Assembly: GCA_903836515.1 (NCBI GenBank)
Contig: CAILQW010000050.1
Coordinates: forward strand, 14,861-78,860
Length of the DNA: 64,000 bases
Origin: Candidatus Omnitrophota bacterium
Lineage (GTDB): Bacteria; Omnitrophota; Gorgyraeia; Zapsychrales; Fredricksoniimonadaceae
Direction of reading: 5' to 3'
This document shows positions 19,234 through 29,627 of the stretch, in pieces. Positions within the stretch are counted from its first letter, which is position 1. Each line of letters begins with the position of its first letter. The notes under the pieces were generated by a model. It was not told where the DNA came from and did not search any database. It was given only the letters and a program-made list of their open reading frames with translations. Position numbers and translations under genes: made by a program.

Positions 19234-20281
19234 TACATTTGCCATCCAACTCCTGCGCTGGTACCGTGTGCACGCGCGTGACCTTCCGTGGCGGCATACA
19301 CGCGATCCGTATTCTATATGGATATCCGAAGCCATGCTCCAGCAGACGACCGTTAAGACGGTCTTGGGGTATTACGCCCCGTGGCTGGCAGCATTTCCGG
19401 ATGTGTACGCGCTGGCATCGGCACCCATCGAGAAAGTCCTGAAGGCCTGGCAGGGGCTTGGTTATTACAACAGGGCCAGAAACCTTCACAAGGCGGCCGG
19501 AATCGTAGTAGCGCAATTCCAGGGGCATGTTCCGCAAGATCCCGACATTCTCAGAAAGCTTCCGGGGTTCGGCCCGTATATGTCGGCATCCGTGGCCAGC
19601 ATCGCTTTTGACCGGCGTGTACCGCTGGTCGACGCCAATGTGCGGCGTGTCATGATGCGTATTTCCAATATTCACGGCCCGGCATCAGGCACTTGGGATA
19701 AAGATATTCTGATATTCCTGGATCGGGTCATGCCGGCACATCGCGCCGGTGATTTTAACCAGGCGTTGATGGAGCTTGGTGCTCTTGTTTGTACAAGTCA
19801 ACAGCCCAAGTGCAACATGTGTCCGCTGACACGGCATTGCCGGGCTTTTGAAAAAGGCCAGCAGGAGCTTATCCCGGAGCCAAAAAAAGTTTCTTTAAAC
19901 GAGATTACGGCCGTTATTGGTCTTGTCAGGGATAAAAAGAAGTATCTGATCCAGCAAAGGCCTGAGAAAGGACTTTTGGCTGGCATGTGGGAATTTCCAG
20001 GGGGAAAGGTTGGAGCATCAGATAAGTCGTTCAAAGAGGCATTAAAGCGTGAGTTGATGGAAGAATTGGGTGCGGTATGTCGGGTGAATGAAGAATTCTG
20101 CCGGGTGAGGCATTATTATACAACAAACAAAGTCCAGTTGATTGCGTTCAATGCTGTGTTGAAGGGCGGCTTTAAGCCCAGGGCCAATCAGCGCTGGGTG
20201 AGCGTTGGAGATTTGACGGCGTATCCGATGCCGTCAGGGAGTGCCAAGATTGTGGTTAAACTCCTGGAAAACAATCCTTAA
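19230..20281 (+). CDS. mutY: A/G-specific adenine DNA glycosylase MutY with C-terminal NUDIX-like domain
   Basis: HhH-GPD core (WYRVHARDLPWR ... EAMLQQTTV), [4Fe-4S] cluster loop cysteines (CTSQQPKCNMCPLTRHC), C-terminal MutT-like [10 protein letters not shown] domain. The ATG at 19230 is preferred. Confidence 0.85.
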
Positions 20282-20418
20282 AGATTTTGTTCATGGCAAT
20301 TCTTTCCGCCTTCCAGCAACTTCCTATAATATATGTTATGTTAACTTCGCATATATGAAATGCATAAAATGGCGTTTAGTTGACGCCGACCCTGCCAAGC
20401 GTTTACGATGTGTCTTGC

Positions 20419-22491
20419 CTAGCTGATCCTGTTGTGTTGATTGTGATTGGTGATGACTCGCCTGATGTGTTCGAGGTTGGCTCGGGTCGCGGCTTCCCCG
20501 CGCTTGATCAGTTCTTCAGCCTGATTAAGCTCATACCAGTTCAATCCTGAAAGGTCCGGATGGATCACGATATCGGCATGCTGCCCGCTTTGCTGGGCCA
20601 GCACGTTTTCCGAGGCTTCCAGGGTGCGCACGATGATGTCGGAAATATTCGGGAAGAAACTCCGATTGACCCAGAATTTAAGGTGAATGCCCATGTAAGT
20701 CAACGGGGCCTGAACAAACCGGACCTGCAGGGATCTTTCAATCTCCAGGCGTGTTTTTTCATACCCCTTGATCACATCTTCCGGTGTCTGAAGCACGTTC
20801 ACGGCAATGATGCGTTTCACGCCCGCCTGTACCAGCACATTTGTTGGTAAAGGGTTCATGACGCCGCCATCAATGATGAGCTGGTCATGAGAAACGATCG
20901 GCTGGAAAACGCCCGGGATAGAGATACTTTTACGGATCGCTTCGACCAAAGAGCCTTGTTCGATGATGAGGTCACGCCGATGAATAAGGTCGTAGGCTAT
21001 GATTTTTAAAGGGATTTTGGTGTCACGGAATGTCCGTTGCCCGAATTTCCCACGAAGCCAGGACATGACAGCTTTGCCGCTGATGAGTCCCGAGAGCGGA
21101 AAAACAATGTCGATCAGTTTGATGAGATTTGAGCGTTTCTTGAACTCATAGGCCATTTTTTCGATGTCCGCAGCCATATAACCTGTGGCCCAAAGGCTTC
21201 CGATCAAAGCACCCATGGAGCTGCCCGCCACAATATCCACCGGAATGCCTTCTTCTTCAAGGACTTTAAGGACGCCGATATGCGCCAAACCAAATGCGGC
21301 CCCGCCGCCCAGAACCAGCCCGATGGAAACTCCCGATATCTGCCTTGAGATGCGCGTGATCATCTTGCGGTAATTGCTGGCAGGATCAAGCCCCATAAAA
21401 GACACTGCCGGCAGGTTGACCATGGTGTCAAAATCCTTGCGCTGGATATGCGGCAGGAATGCTGTGACATCATAGTCCAGGAGGCTGCGGACAGTGTCTT
21501 CGGAAATATTGCGGTGGGCGTGGACGCCGCCGATGATGACCTTGACGCGTTCTTCTGTAAAGTCTTCCTTAAACGTTTCTTCAATGCGGTCCAGGACAGA
21601 TCTTCCTGTGGCCAGGGCCTCGCGTTTGCGAACCATGACCAGGTGGACCAGGTCGGATTGCGACAGGGTTTTCATCACCACCGCGTCCATGTCGCTGGGA
21701 AGGTCGACAATGACATAGCGGTATTCATCGATGAAGCGGCTGATGAATTCGCTGATATGTTCCACGATAGACTGGTTATTTTTGTCAAAGGTGACGTTGA
21801 GGAAATCGACGCCGATATCGCTTTTGATAATATGCTCAGGGATAAGTTCGAAATCTTTTGCCAGGGCCACAATATCCTGGGCCGGCTGGTTCCATTGCGG
21901 GCGCACCTCTTCGATGTCGGACATCGGGGTGTGGGCCGGTACGTTTCTGGAGCGGAGGCTGACCCAGATCACCCTCTCCCCTGTTTCCCTGGCAAGGCTT
22001 GTGGCAAGGTTGACGGCGTAGGTCGACCCGCCTGACCCCGCAATGGGGGCGTAAACCGCAATAATTGTGCTGCGATTTACCAGCTGGGTCCGTGTGACTT
22101 TGCTGCGGATGCGCTGGGAAAGGATCTTGCTGAATTTTATCCCCAGTTGAGGGGATTGTTTGAGTATCCGGCGGAACTCGGAATATGAGATGCGGAAGAT
22201 CACAGAGTCGTTGATAGCTTCAAATGTCTGGGAGTGCACTTCGCCTGTGAGCGCGGAAATGATCCCGAAAAACATGCCGCGGTGGATGAATTCTATGTCG
22301 TCTTTGCCGCCGGAAGCATCGGGGGCGAAAGACTCAAGCCGTCCGGAAACAAGGAAGTAGACAAAGTCCGGCGCCTGTCCCTGTCGGGAAACGCTTTCGC
22401 CTTTTTTGTAGAAAACAATTTCACCGGATCGGGCAATGGCCTGGACCCGGTACCAGTTGAGACCTGAAAAGACAGGTATTTTCTTGACCAT
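20419..22491 (-). CDS. cNMP-binding / degenerate ParA-MinD-like / patatin-like phospholipase fusion protein
   Basis: N-terminal cyclic-nucleotide-binding fold (IPVFSGLNWY ... GEIVFYKKGE ... GMFFGIISALTG). Middle P-loop-NTPase-like segment IIAVYAPIAGSGGSTYAVNLATSLA lacking the Walker-A lysines. C-terminal patatin motifs GLVLGGGAAFGLAHIG (GxGxxG), AGSSMG (GxSxG) and DGG. The ATG at 22491 (MVKKIPVF) is preferred to avoid overlap with the upstream SDR gene. Confidence 0.7.
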   Translation of the reverse strand: MVKKIPVFSGLNWYRVQAIARSGEIVFYKKGESVSRQGQAPDFVYFLVSGRLESFAPDASGGKDDIEFIHRGMFFGIISALTGEVHSQTFEAINDSVIFRISYSEFRRILKQSPQLGIKFSKILSQRIRSKVTRTQLVNRSTIIAVYAPIAGSGGSTYAVNLATSLARETGERVIWVSLRSRNVPAHTPMSDIEEVRPQWNQPAQDIVALAKDFELIPEHIIKSDIGVDFLNVTFDKNNQSIVEHISEFISRFIDEYRYVIVDLPSDMDAVVMKTLSQSDLVHLVMVRKREALATGRSVLDRIEETFKEDFTEERVKVIIGGVHAHRNISEDTVRSLLDYDVTAFLPHIQRKDFDTMVNLPAVSFMGLDPASNYRKMITRISRQISGVSIGLVLGGGAAFGLAHIGVLKVLEEEGIPVDIVAGSSMGALIGSLWATGYMAADIEKMAYEFKKRSNLIKLIDIVFPLSGLISGKAVMSWLRGKFGQRTFRDTKIPLKIIAYDLIHRRDLIIEQGSLVEAIRKSISIPGVFQPIVSHDQLIIDGGVMNPLPTNVLVQAGVKRIIAVNVLQTPEDVIKGYEKTRLEIERSLQVRFVQAPLTYMGIHLKFWVNRSFFPNISDIIVRTLEASENVLAQQSGQHADIVIHPDLSGLNWYELNQAEELIKRGEAATRANLEHIRRVITNHNQHNRIS

Positions 22492-22519
22492 GGAACAGCA
22501 CTGGAAGAATGAGGCTTCT

Positions 22520-23398
22520 TCACGCATGGGGTTTGGTAGTCCCACGGAAGAAAATCCTGGCGACAGCCCAGGCGTAAAGTTCAAAAGGGATATGGCGTAC
22601 AACCCAGCAGCGCAGGCGGGAAAGAAGGCCGATAATATTGCGGAAGCGGGTATGCTCCTGTGTGGCCAGGGCGCTGATGACTTTGGCCACTTCTTCCGGA
22701 GAACGCCGTGACCGGCGCAGGTAACTGTCTACAAATGATTTTAACTGGCAGCTCATGGCGTAATACGGGCTGTCCTTGCGGTTGAAATTTGCGGCGTAGC
22801 GTGCATTCTCGGTAAATATCCTGGTGCGGTAGGATCCTGGTTCCACCAGGATAACATCGATGTGGAAGGGTTTAAGTTCCATATAAAGGCATTCGGAGAA
22901 TCCCTCGAGCGCCCATTTGCTGGAGGCATAGGCGCTGAAAGCCGGTGATCCCGAAAAGGCCGCCATGCTGGAAATATTGATGATGCGTCCCGCTCGCCGG
23001 GGGCGCATGACAGGAAGGACTTCGCGGGTGACATTCAGGACCCCGAAAAAGTTGGTGTCAAATTGCCTGCGCCAGTCTTCGTCCGAAAGATCTTCGAAAA
23101 ATCCACCAATCCCGAACCCCGCGTTGTTGATGAGGACATCGATGACGCCTTCGCGGGAGGCTATTTCGGTGACCACGGCTTTGATCGACACCGGGTCAGC
23201 GACATCCATGGCGTGTACTGAAAGATTTTTGGCGCCGCCGCGCGAGGCTGTCTCGACGTGCAGATGCTGAGATTTCTTAAGGTCGCGCACGCAGGCATGG
23301 ACACGATGACCTTCGCCGGCCAGGCGTGCCGCGGACAACAGTCCAAATCCGCTTGAACATCCGGTGATCAGGATAACACGTGAGCGTCGGACGGCCAT
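22520..23398 (-). CDS. Short-chain dehydrogenase/reductase (SDR) family oxidoreductase
   Basis: ILITGCSSGFGL Rossmann motif, NNAG, catalytic YxxxK (YASSKWA). Confidence 0.8.
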   Translation of the reverse strand: MAVRRSRVILITGCSSGFGLLSAARLAGEGHRVHACVRDLKKSQHLHVETASRGGAKNLSVHAMDVADPVSIKAVVTEIASREGVIDVLINNAGFGIGGFFEDLSDEDWRRQFDTNFFGVLNVTREVLPVMRPRRAGRIINISSMAAFSGSPAFSAYASSKWALEGFSECLYMELKPFHIDVILVEPGSYRTRIFTENARYAANFNRKDSPYYAMSCQLKSFVDSYLRRSRRSPEEVAKVISALATQEHTRFRNIIGLLSRLRCWVVRHIPFELYAWAVARIFFRGTTKPHA

Positions 23399-23402
23399 GG
23401 CG

Positions 23403-24467
23403 TTAATGGATCGTCTTCTGGATCAGGAACGCATCGGCCAGGGTCAGGGCTGTCATGGCCTCGACCACAGGGATGATGCGCGGGCAAAGGCATGGGTCAT
23501 GCCGGCCCTGGATCTGGATAGACTGAAGCGAAAGGTCTTTGGCAGGGGCGATCTGGGAACGCGCGATGGAGGATGTCGGTTTGACCGCAATGCGGAAACG
23601 GATCCCCTCCCCTGTTGTGATGCCGCCAATAATACCGCCGGCAAGGTTGTTCCTTGTTTTAAGGCAGGCATTCTCGACAACAGGTGTGTCGTTGTGCTCG
23701 GAGCCGGTCATCCTGGCTGCGGCAAAACCCGTCCCGAATTCGATCCCCCTGACAGCGCCGATAGAGAGGATGGCATGTCCGAGCCTGGCTTCCATTTTGT
23801 CGAAAACCGGGTCTCCCCAGCCCGCGGGACAGCCGAGGACGACGCCCTCCACCAAACCTCCGATGGAATCCCCGTTATCCCTGACTTCATTGATCCTGGC
23901 GATCATGGCCTGGGCCTGACGCAGGTCAGGGGCGCGGACGATGTTTTGTTCAATGACATCGTAGTTGATGACTTCGGCGCGGATGTCGCCCACCGCGAGG
24001 GTATATGCCAGTATCCGGATGCCTTCCATAGCCAGGATTTTTTTGGCCACAGCCCCGGCGGCCACACGCGCGGCCGTTTCGCGCCCCGAAGACCTGCCGC
24101 CGCCGCGGTGATCGCGGATGCCGAATTTTTTGAAGTAGGTGTAGTCCGCATGGCCGGGACGAAAAACATCCTTGATTTGGGTATAATCCGCGGAGTGCTG
24201 GTCTTTGTTGCGGATGATCATGGCCAGGGGTGTGCCTGTGGTACGGCCCTCGAAAACACCCGAAAGGATTTCGACTTCATCCGTTTCCTGGCGGGATGTG
24301 GTGACTTCGCTTTGGCCAGGCCTGCGCCGGTCGAGTTCCTGCTGGATATCTTTTACGGAAAGGATAATGTTGGGCGGGACTCCGTCGATGACACAGCCGA
24401 CGGCATTGCCGTGGCTTTCGCCGAATGTCGTGACGCGAAAAATCTCGCCGAAGGTGTTCCCTGCCAT
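23403..24467 (-). CDS. aroC: Chorismate synthase
   Basis: N-terminal MAGNTFGEIFRVTTFGESHG and other conserved AroC blocks. 354 aa. Confidence 0.9.
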   Translation of the reverse strand: MAGNTFGEIFRVTTFGESHGNAVGCVIDGVPPNIILSVKDIQQELDRRRPGQSEVTTSRQETDEVEILSGVFEGRTTGTPLAMIIRNKDQHSADYTQIKDVFRPGHADYTYFKKFGIRDHRGGGRSSGRETAARVAAGAVAKKILAMEGIRILAYTLAVGDIRAEVINYDVIEQNIVRAPDLRQAQAMIARINEVRDNGDSIGGLVEGVVLGCPAGWGDPVFDKMEARLGHAILSIGAVRGIEFGTGFAAARMTGSEHNDTPVVENACLKTRNNLAGGIIGGITTGEGIRFRIAVKPTSSIARSQIAPAKDLSLQSIQIQGRHDPCLCPRIIPVVEAMTALTLADAFLIQKTIH

Positions 24468-24557
24468 AACGGCCTCACATGAACATGTTGATGGTCAAAC
24501 CACACTGATGATGGTTTGATTGTAGCATCGTTTCAGATCTTTGCCAGCGGGCGATGA

Positions 24558-25169
24558 TTATTTCAGCCACGGCTTTGAAACAGCGATCGCGGCTTCAAAG
24601 GCGTCGATTTTTCCGGCATGCTGGAGTGTCCAGCCGATCTGGTCAAGCCCTCTGAGGAGGCATTCCTTGTTAAAGGCTTCGATCTGGAACGCAAATTTTT
24701 TACTGGCGGCACCCACCACCTGTTTGTCCAGGTCTACCGCGATCAAGCCGGACCCGCCAAAAGCGGCGACGGCAAAAAGCTCATCCATTTCATCGGCCTT
24801 TAAGGTAACAGGCAGGATGCCGTTTTTGATACAGTTGTTGTAAAAAATGTCGGCGAAGCTTGGTGCGATGATGCAGCGAAAGCCGTAATCGTAAAGAGCC
24901 CAGGGCGCATGCTCGCGTGAAGACCCGCAGCCAAAATTGTCTCGTGCCAGCAGGATCTTGGCCTTGCGAAAAGGCGGCTTGTTCAAAATGAAGTCGGGGT
25001 TTTCATGCATGCCTTCGTAATCGATGTAACGCCATTCATGGAACAGGTGTTTGCCGAAGCCTGTCCGTTCGATTTTTTTAAGAAACTGCTTGGGGATGAT
25101 CGCGTCGGTATCCACGTTGGAACGGTCCAGCGGAACGGCGATACTAGTTAAAATGGTAAAAGGTTCCAT
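24558..25169 (-). CDS. leuD: 3-isopropylmalate dehydratase small subunit
   Basis: 203 aa. GDNIDTDQIIP-type N-terminal equivalent ([14 protein letters not shown]) and [14 protein letters not shown] motif. Confidence 0.9.
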   Translation of the reverse strand: MEPFTILTSIAVPLDRSNVDTDAIIPKQFLKKIERTGFGKHLFHEWRYIDYEGMHENPDFILNKPPFRKAKILLARDNFGCGSSREHAPWALYDYGFRCIIAPSFADIFYNNCIKNGILPVTLKADEMDELFAVAAFGGSGLIAVDLDKQVVGAASKKFAFQIEAFNKECLLRGLDQIGWTLQHAGKIDAFEAAIAVSKPWLK

Positions 25170-25172
25170 GGG

Positions 25173-26582
25173 TTATCCTCTTTTGATGAATTCCCTGATG
25201 TCGGTGATATGGCCTGTTACGGCCGCGGCCGCAGCCATCTCCGGGCTCATCAGATGGGTTCGGCCTCCCGGGCCTTGACGTCCTTCGAAATTGCGGTTTG
25301 AGGTAGACGCGCAGCGCTGTCCCGGGGTGAGCTGGTCGTCGTTCATGGCCAGGCACATGGAGCATCCCGCATAGCGCCATTCACATCCGGCGTCGGTGAA
25401 GATCTTGTCGAGGCCTTCGCGTTCAGCATAGCGTTTAACCCGGCCTGATCCCGGGACGATGAGCGCCTGCACCCCCGCGGCGACTTTCTTCCCCTTGATT
25501 ACGGCCGCGGCAGCACGCAGGTCCTCAATGCGCCCGTTGGTGCATGAACCTATAAAAACCACATCGATCTTGATGTCCGTGATCTTCCTCCCGGGTTCAA
25601 GTCCCATGTAGCGCAGAGCGTTGATCGCCGCTGTCTTTTCAGCGGGGTCCTTGAATTGCGCCGGGTCCGGAACCTGGGAGTTTACGGCTGTGACCTGGCC
25701 CGGGCTTGTGCCCCAGGTGACCTGCGGGAGGATGGCTTCGGCCTTGATGTCGACGACCTTGTCAAAGGAGGCGTCACGGTCGCTCGCCAGGGTTTTCCAG
25801 TAAGTGACCGCCTTGACCCAGTGGTCGCCTTTGGGTGAATGGTCGCGCCCCTGCAGGTAGGTGAATGTTTTATCGTCGGGCGCGATCATGCCGGCGCGCG
25901 CGCCAGCCTCAATGGACATGTTGCAGATCGTCATGCGGCCTTCCATACTCATCCCCCGGATGACATCCCCGGCGTATTCAATGATGTATCCTGTAGCGCC
26001 TGCCGTACCGATCATGCCGATCACGTACAGGATGATATCCTTAGAGGTCACCCCGTCTGCAATGCGGCCGTTGATATTGATGAGCATTGTTTTCGACGGT
26101 TTCTGCTGGAGCGTCTGGGTGGCCAGCACATGTTCGACTTCCGAGGTGCCGATGCCGAAGGCCAGGGCACCGAGCGCGCCGTGGGTAGCTGTGTGTGAAT
26201 CGCCGCACACGATGATCATCCCCGGCTGGGTGATGCCAAGTTCTGGCCCGATGATGTGCACAACCCCTTGATCATCGTCGTTAAGGTCAAAGCATTTGAT
26301 GCCAAAAGCGTCGCAATTCTTTTTAAGCTGGTCCAGCTGGGCGCGCGAGATCTCGTTGGTCGAGGCAAGGTCCCGGCTGCGGGTGGGGACATTATGGTCC
26401 ATGGTCGCGAAAGTTTTTTGTGGACAGCGGACCTTGCGTCCTGTGGCCCGCAGGCCTTCAAACGCCTGGGGGCTTGTCACCTCATGCACAAGGTGGCGGT
26501 CCACATACAAAAGGGATGCCGTCCCCTCCCCGTCATGGACAAGGTGGGCATCCCATATTTTCTGGTACATTGTTTTACCCAT
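25173..26582 (-). CDS. leuC: 3-isopropylmalate dehydratase large subunit
   Basis: 469 aa. Aconitase-family cluster cysteines (CGDSHT; [11 protein letters not shown] ... [14 protein letters not shown]). Confidence 0.9.
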   Translation of the reverse strand: MGKTMYQKIWDAHLVHDGEGTASLLYVDRHLVHEVTSPQAFEGLRATGRKVRCPQKTFATMDHNVPTRSRDLASTNEISRAQLDQLKKNCDAFGIKCFDLNDDDQGVVHIIGPELGITQPGMIIVCGDSHTATHGALGALAFGIGTSEVEHVLATQTLQQKPSKTMLININGRIADGVTSKDIILYVIGMIGTAGATGYIIEYAGDVIRGMSMEGRMTICNMSIEAGARAGMIAPDDKTFTYLQGRDHSPKGDHWVKAVTYWKTLASDRDASFDKVVDIKAEAILPQVTWGTSPGQVTAVNSQVPDPAQFKDPAEKTAAINALRYMGLEPGRKITDIKIDVVFIGSCTNGRIEDLRAAAAVIKGKKVAAGVQALIVPGSGRVKRYAEREGLDKIFTDAGCEWRYAGCSMCLAMNDDQLTPGQRCASTSNRNFEGRQGPGGRTHLMSPEMAAAAAVTGHITDIREFIKRG

Positions 26583-26606
26583 AATGACTCCTCTGTGGAT
26601 GTGTCT

Positions 26607-29315
26607 TCAGGATGACGCCGCGAGTTTACGCAAGACCGTTGGGAGTATCCCTCCGTTACGGTAATAGTCGATCTCCACGGGTGTATCAAGCCTGACGATG
26701 ACCTTGAATTCTTTTTTCATGCTATCTCCTGCAACAGCTGTAACCAGGACTTCCTGGCGCGGCTTGAGATTTTCATCGAGACCGGCGATCGTGAATGTTT
26801 CGTTTCCCTTAAGGCCCAGGACGGATGCCGTATCCCCCGAAAGGAACTGAAGCGGGAGGATGCCCATGCCCGCCAGGTTCGAGCGATGGATGCGCTCAAA
26901 GCTTTCGGCAATCACAGCGTTGATGCCCAGCAGGGCCGGCCCTTTGGCGGCCCAGTCGCGGCTAGAGCCTGTGCCATACTCCTTGCCCGCGATGGCAATG
27001 AGAGGGATGCCGTCTTTTTTGTAACGGCAGGAAGCGTCGAAGATGCTCAGAATGTCACCCGTCGGGAAATGTGTTGTCCATGAACCTTCTGTGCCGGGTG
27101 CAAGTTTGTTGCACAGGCGGATGTTGGCAAACGTCCCGCGGCTCATGACGCGGTCATTGCCGCGGCGTGCGCCGTAACTGTTGAAATCCTGCGCGGCGAT
27201 GCCCAGGGACAACAGGTACTTCCCGGCCGGCGATGCGGCCGAAATATTCCCCGCCGGAGAAATGTGGTCCGTGGTGATCGAATCCCCCACCATGACAAGG
27301 GCGCGCGCTGCAAAGATATCCTTGATTTGCTTCAGTCCGGCAGCCATGGTTTCAAAATAAGGCGGCTCCTGGATGTAGGAACTTGCCAGGGACCAGGGGT
27401 AGAGTTCGCCCTTAAGCTCTTTGACGGCCTTCCAGTGGGCACTGCCCTTGACCGCATCCTTGTATTTGCCGCGGAAGACCTTTGCGGTCACGTATTTTTT
27501 AACGGCCCTGGCAATTTCTTTTTCAGCGGGCCAGATGTCTTTCAGATAGACAGCCTTGCCCTTGAGGTCTGTCCCCAAGGGTTCGTTAAGAAGGTCTGTT
27601 CGGACCGAACCTGCGATGGCAAAGGCCACAACCAGCATGGGAGATGCCAGGTAGTTGGCTTTCACATGCGGGTTAATCCGTCCTTCAAAGTTGCGGTTCC
27701 CCGATGTCACGCTGGCCGCGATCAGCCGGCCCTGGTCGATGGCGCAGGCCACGGCTTCAGGAAGGGGGCCGCTGTTGCCGATGCATGTGGCACAGCCATA
27801 ACCGACATTATTGAAACCAAGGGCGTCCAGGCTTTTCATAAGTCCGCTCTTGGTCAAATATTCATCCACGACCTGCGAACCGGGCGTCAGGGATGTTTTG
27901 ACAAATTTCTTAACTTTTAATCCCCTGGCTACAGCATTTTTGGCCAATAAGCCGGCGCCGATGAGGACGGAGGGATTGGATGTGTTCGTACAGCTTGTGA
28001 TGGCTGCCAGAACAACACTGCCGTGGGTGATGGTATCCTTTGATGTTCCGACGTGCTCATTTTTTTGGATATCAGCGTCGGCCAGCCCGAAGCCCTTGTG
28101 GCCTGCGGGAGCGCCGAGTACCGCGGCAAAACTTTTTTTCAAGTCCGTCAGGCGTACGCGGTCTTGCGGACGTTTGGGGCCTGCAAGGCAGGGTTCGATC
28201 GCGGCAAGGTCAAGTTCAAGGGTATCCGTAAAAAGAGGCGTTGATTCTTTGTAAGGGTCAAACAGCCCCTGGGCTTTGTAATAAGCTTCAACCAGCCTGG
28301 CTTCCTGCACGCGGCCTGTCATCCTATAGAAGGAGATCGTTTCAGCGTCAACCGGGAAAAGCCCGATGGTCGCACCGTATTCGGGGCACATATTGGAGAT
28401 GGTGGCGCGGTCCGGGAGGCTCAAGGTTTTTACGCCTGGACCGAAAAATTCCACAAATTTATCCACCACCCCGCGTTGGCGGAGGATTTCGACGATGGTA
28501 AGCACAAGATCTGTGGCCGTTACGCCGGGGGGCAGTTTGCCGGTCAGGCGCATCCCAATCACCTCCGGCATCACCATGGAAAGGGGTTCGCCAAGCATGA
28601 CGGATTCGGCTTCAATGCCGCCAACCCCCCAGCCCACAATGCCCGCGCCGTTGATCATGGTCGTGTGGCTGTCAGTTCCCACCAGGGAGTCTGGATAAAG
28701 AACAGGGTTGGCGCCTGGCTTCTTTGGAGTGCACAAGACCCCGCTGGCAAGGTATTCCAGGTTTACCTGATGGATGATGCCGGTCGCCGGGGGGATGACA
28801 CGGAAATTCTGAAACGTATGCTGTCCCCATTTAAGGAAGGCGTAGCGTTCTTTGTTGCGCTTAAATTCGAGGGATACGTTTGTGTCAAAAGCTTTGGAAG
28901 AACCATACGCATCCACCTGAAGCGAATGGTCGATCACAAGGTCGCAGGGTACCTGGGGGTTGATCTTGTTGACATCCCCGCCCATCCGTTTCATCTGCTC
29001 GCGCATGGCTGCCAGGTCGACAACGCAGGGTACCCCTGTGAAATCCTGAAGGATCACGCGTCCCGGTTTGAAGGCGATCTCTTTGAGTTCGTTTTTGGGT
29101 GCCCAGCCAGCGAGGGTTTTAACATCCTCCAGGGTCACCTGATAATCGTCATAATTACGCACAGCGCTTTCAAGGAGAATGCGGATCGAGAACGGGAGCC
29201 GGGATATATTGCCGAAGCCCTGCCCCGTCAGTCCGGGGATAGAGAAAATCGCGTACTTCTTCCCCGCAACGGTCAATGATTTTTTTAATGCTGTTTTATC
29301 AAATGCCATAGACAC
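26607..29315 (-). CDS. acnA: Aconitate hydratase (AcnA/IRP-type)
   Basis: 902 aa. Full-length aconitase A with cluster-ligand cysteines (ITSCTNTSNP; CATCIGNSG) and C-terminal swivel domain. Confidence 0.9.
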   Translation of the reverse strand: MSMAFDKTALKKSLTVAGKKYAIFSIPGLTGQGFGNISRLPFSIRILLESAVRNYDDYQVTLEDVKTLAGWAPKNELKEIAFKPGRVILQDFTGVPCVVDLAAMREQMKRMGGDVNKINPQVPCDLVIDHSLQVDAYGSSKAFDTNVSLEFKRNKERYAFLKWGQHTFQNFRVIPPATGIIHQVNLEYLASGVLCTPKKPGANPVLYPDSLVGTDSHTTMINGAGIVGWGVGGIEAESVMLGEPLSMVMPEVIGMRLTGKLPPGVTATDLVLTIVEILRQRGVVDKFVEFFGPGVKTLSLPDRATISNMCPEYGATIGLFPVDAETISFYRMTGRVQEARLVEAYYKAQGLFDPYKESTPLFTDTLELDLAAIEPCLAGPKRPQDRVRLTDLKKSFAAVLGAPAGHKGFGLADADIQKNEHVGTSKDTITHGSVVLAAITSCTNTSNPSVLIGAGLLAKNAVARGLKVKKFVKTSLTPGSQVVDEYLTKSGLMKSLDALGFNNVGYGCATCIGNSGPLPEAVACAIDQGRLIAASVTSGNRNFEGRINPHVKANYLASPMLVVAFAIAGSVRTDLLNEPLGTDLKGKAVYLKDIWPAEKEIARAVKKYVTAKVFRGKYKDAVKGSAHWKAVKELKGELYPWSLASSYIQEPPYFETMAAGLKQIKDIFAARALVMVGDSITTDHISPAGNISAASPAGKYLLSLGIAAQDFNSYGARRGNDRVMSRGTFANIRLCNKLAPGTEGSWTTHFPTGDILSIFDASCRYKKDGIPLIAIAGKEYGTGSSRDWAAKGPALLGINAVIAESFERIHRSNLAGMGILPLQFLSGDTASVLGLKGNETFTIAGLDENLKPRQEVLVTAVAGDSMKKEFKVIVRLDTPVEIDYYRNGGILPTVLRKLAASS

Positions 29316-29627
29316 CCCAAGTTAGAATGGATGAATTATATGGAAAGGAGGGCTTTACGTCAATGAAGTTGAAGGTATTTCTTGAAAAAGGTATTCATTG
29401 TGCATAATATACCTAAACAAAATGAAACTCCAATATTCTATATTTGTGAAGTTTTATGTGCTTAAATTTCATCCTAAGCATCAATAATATTGAAAATAGA
29501 GCTTTGCGGCATGTCTTGATGTGCGTTCAGAAACCAAGCTGACCACAATATCTTTCTGGAAAAAGCTGTTTCTGCTGTCTGAGCAGCAAGACATACCGCG
29601 AAGCTCAATCAGACTGGACGTACACGC

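Noticed and set aside
23364-24482. 372-aa plus-strand ORF antisense to aroC
   Set aside because: aroC on the minus strand is unambiguous. The antisense ORF is G/D/R-rich without motifs.
28476-29279. 267-aa plus-strand ORF antisense to acnA
   Set aside because: Embedded in the aconitase gene. No features.
29316-29627. Cobalamin riboswitch upstream of the B12-binding radical SAM gene
   Set aside because: No B12-box-like consensus seen. Only a generic inverted repeat.
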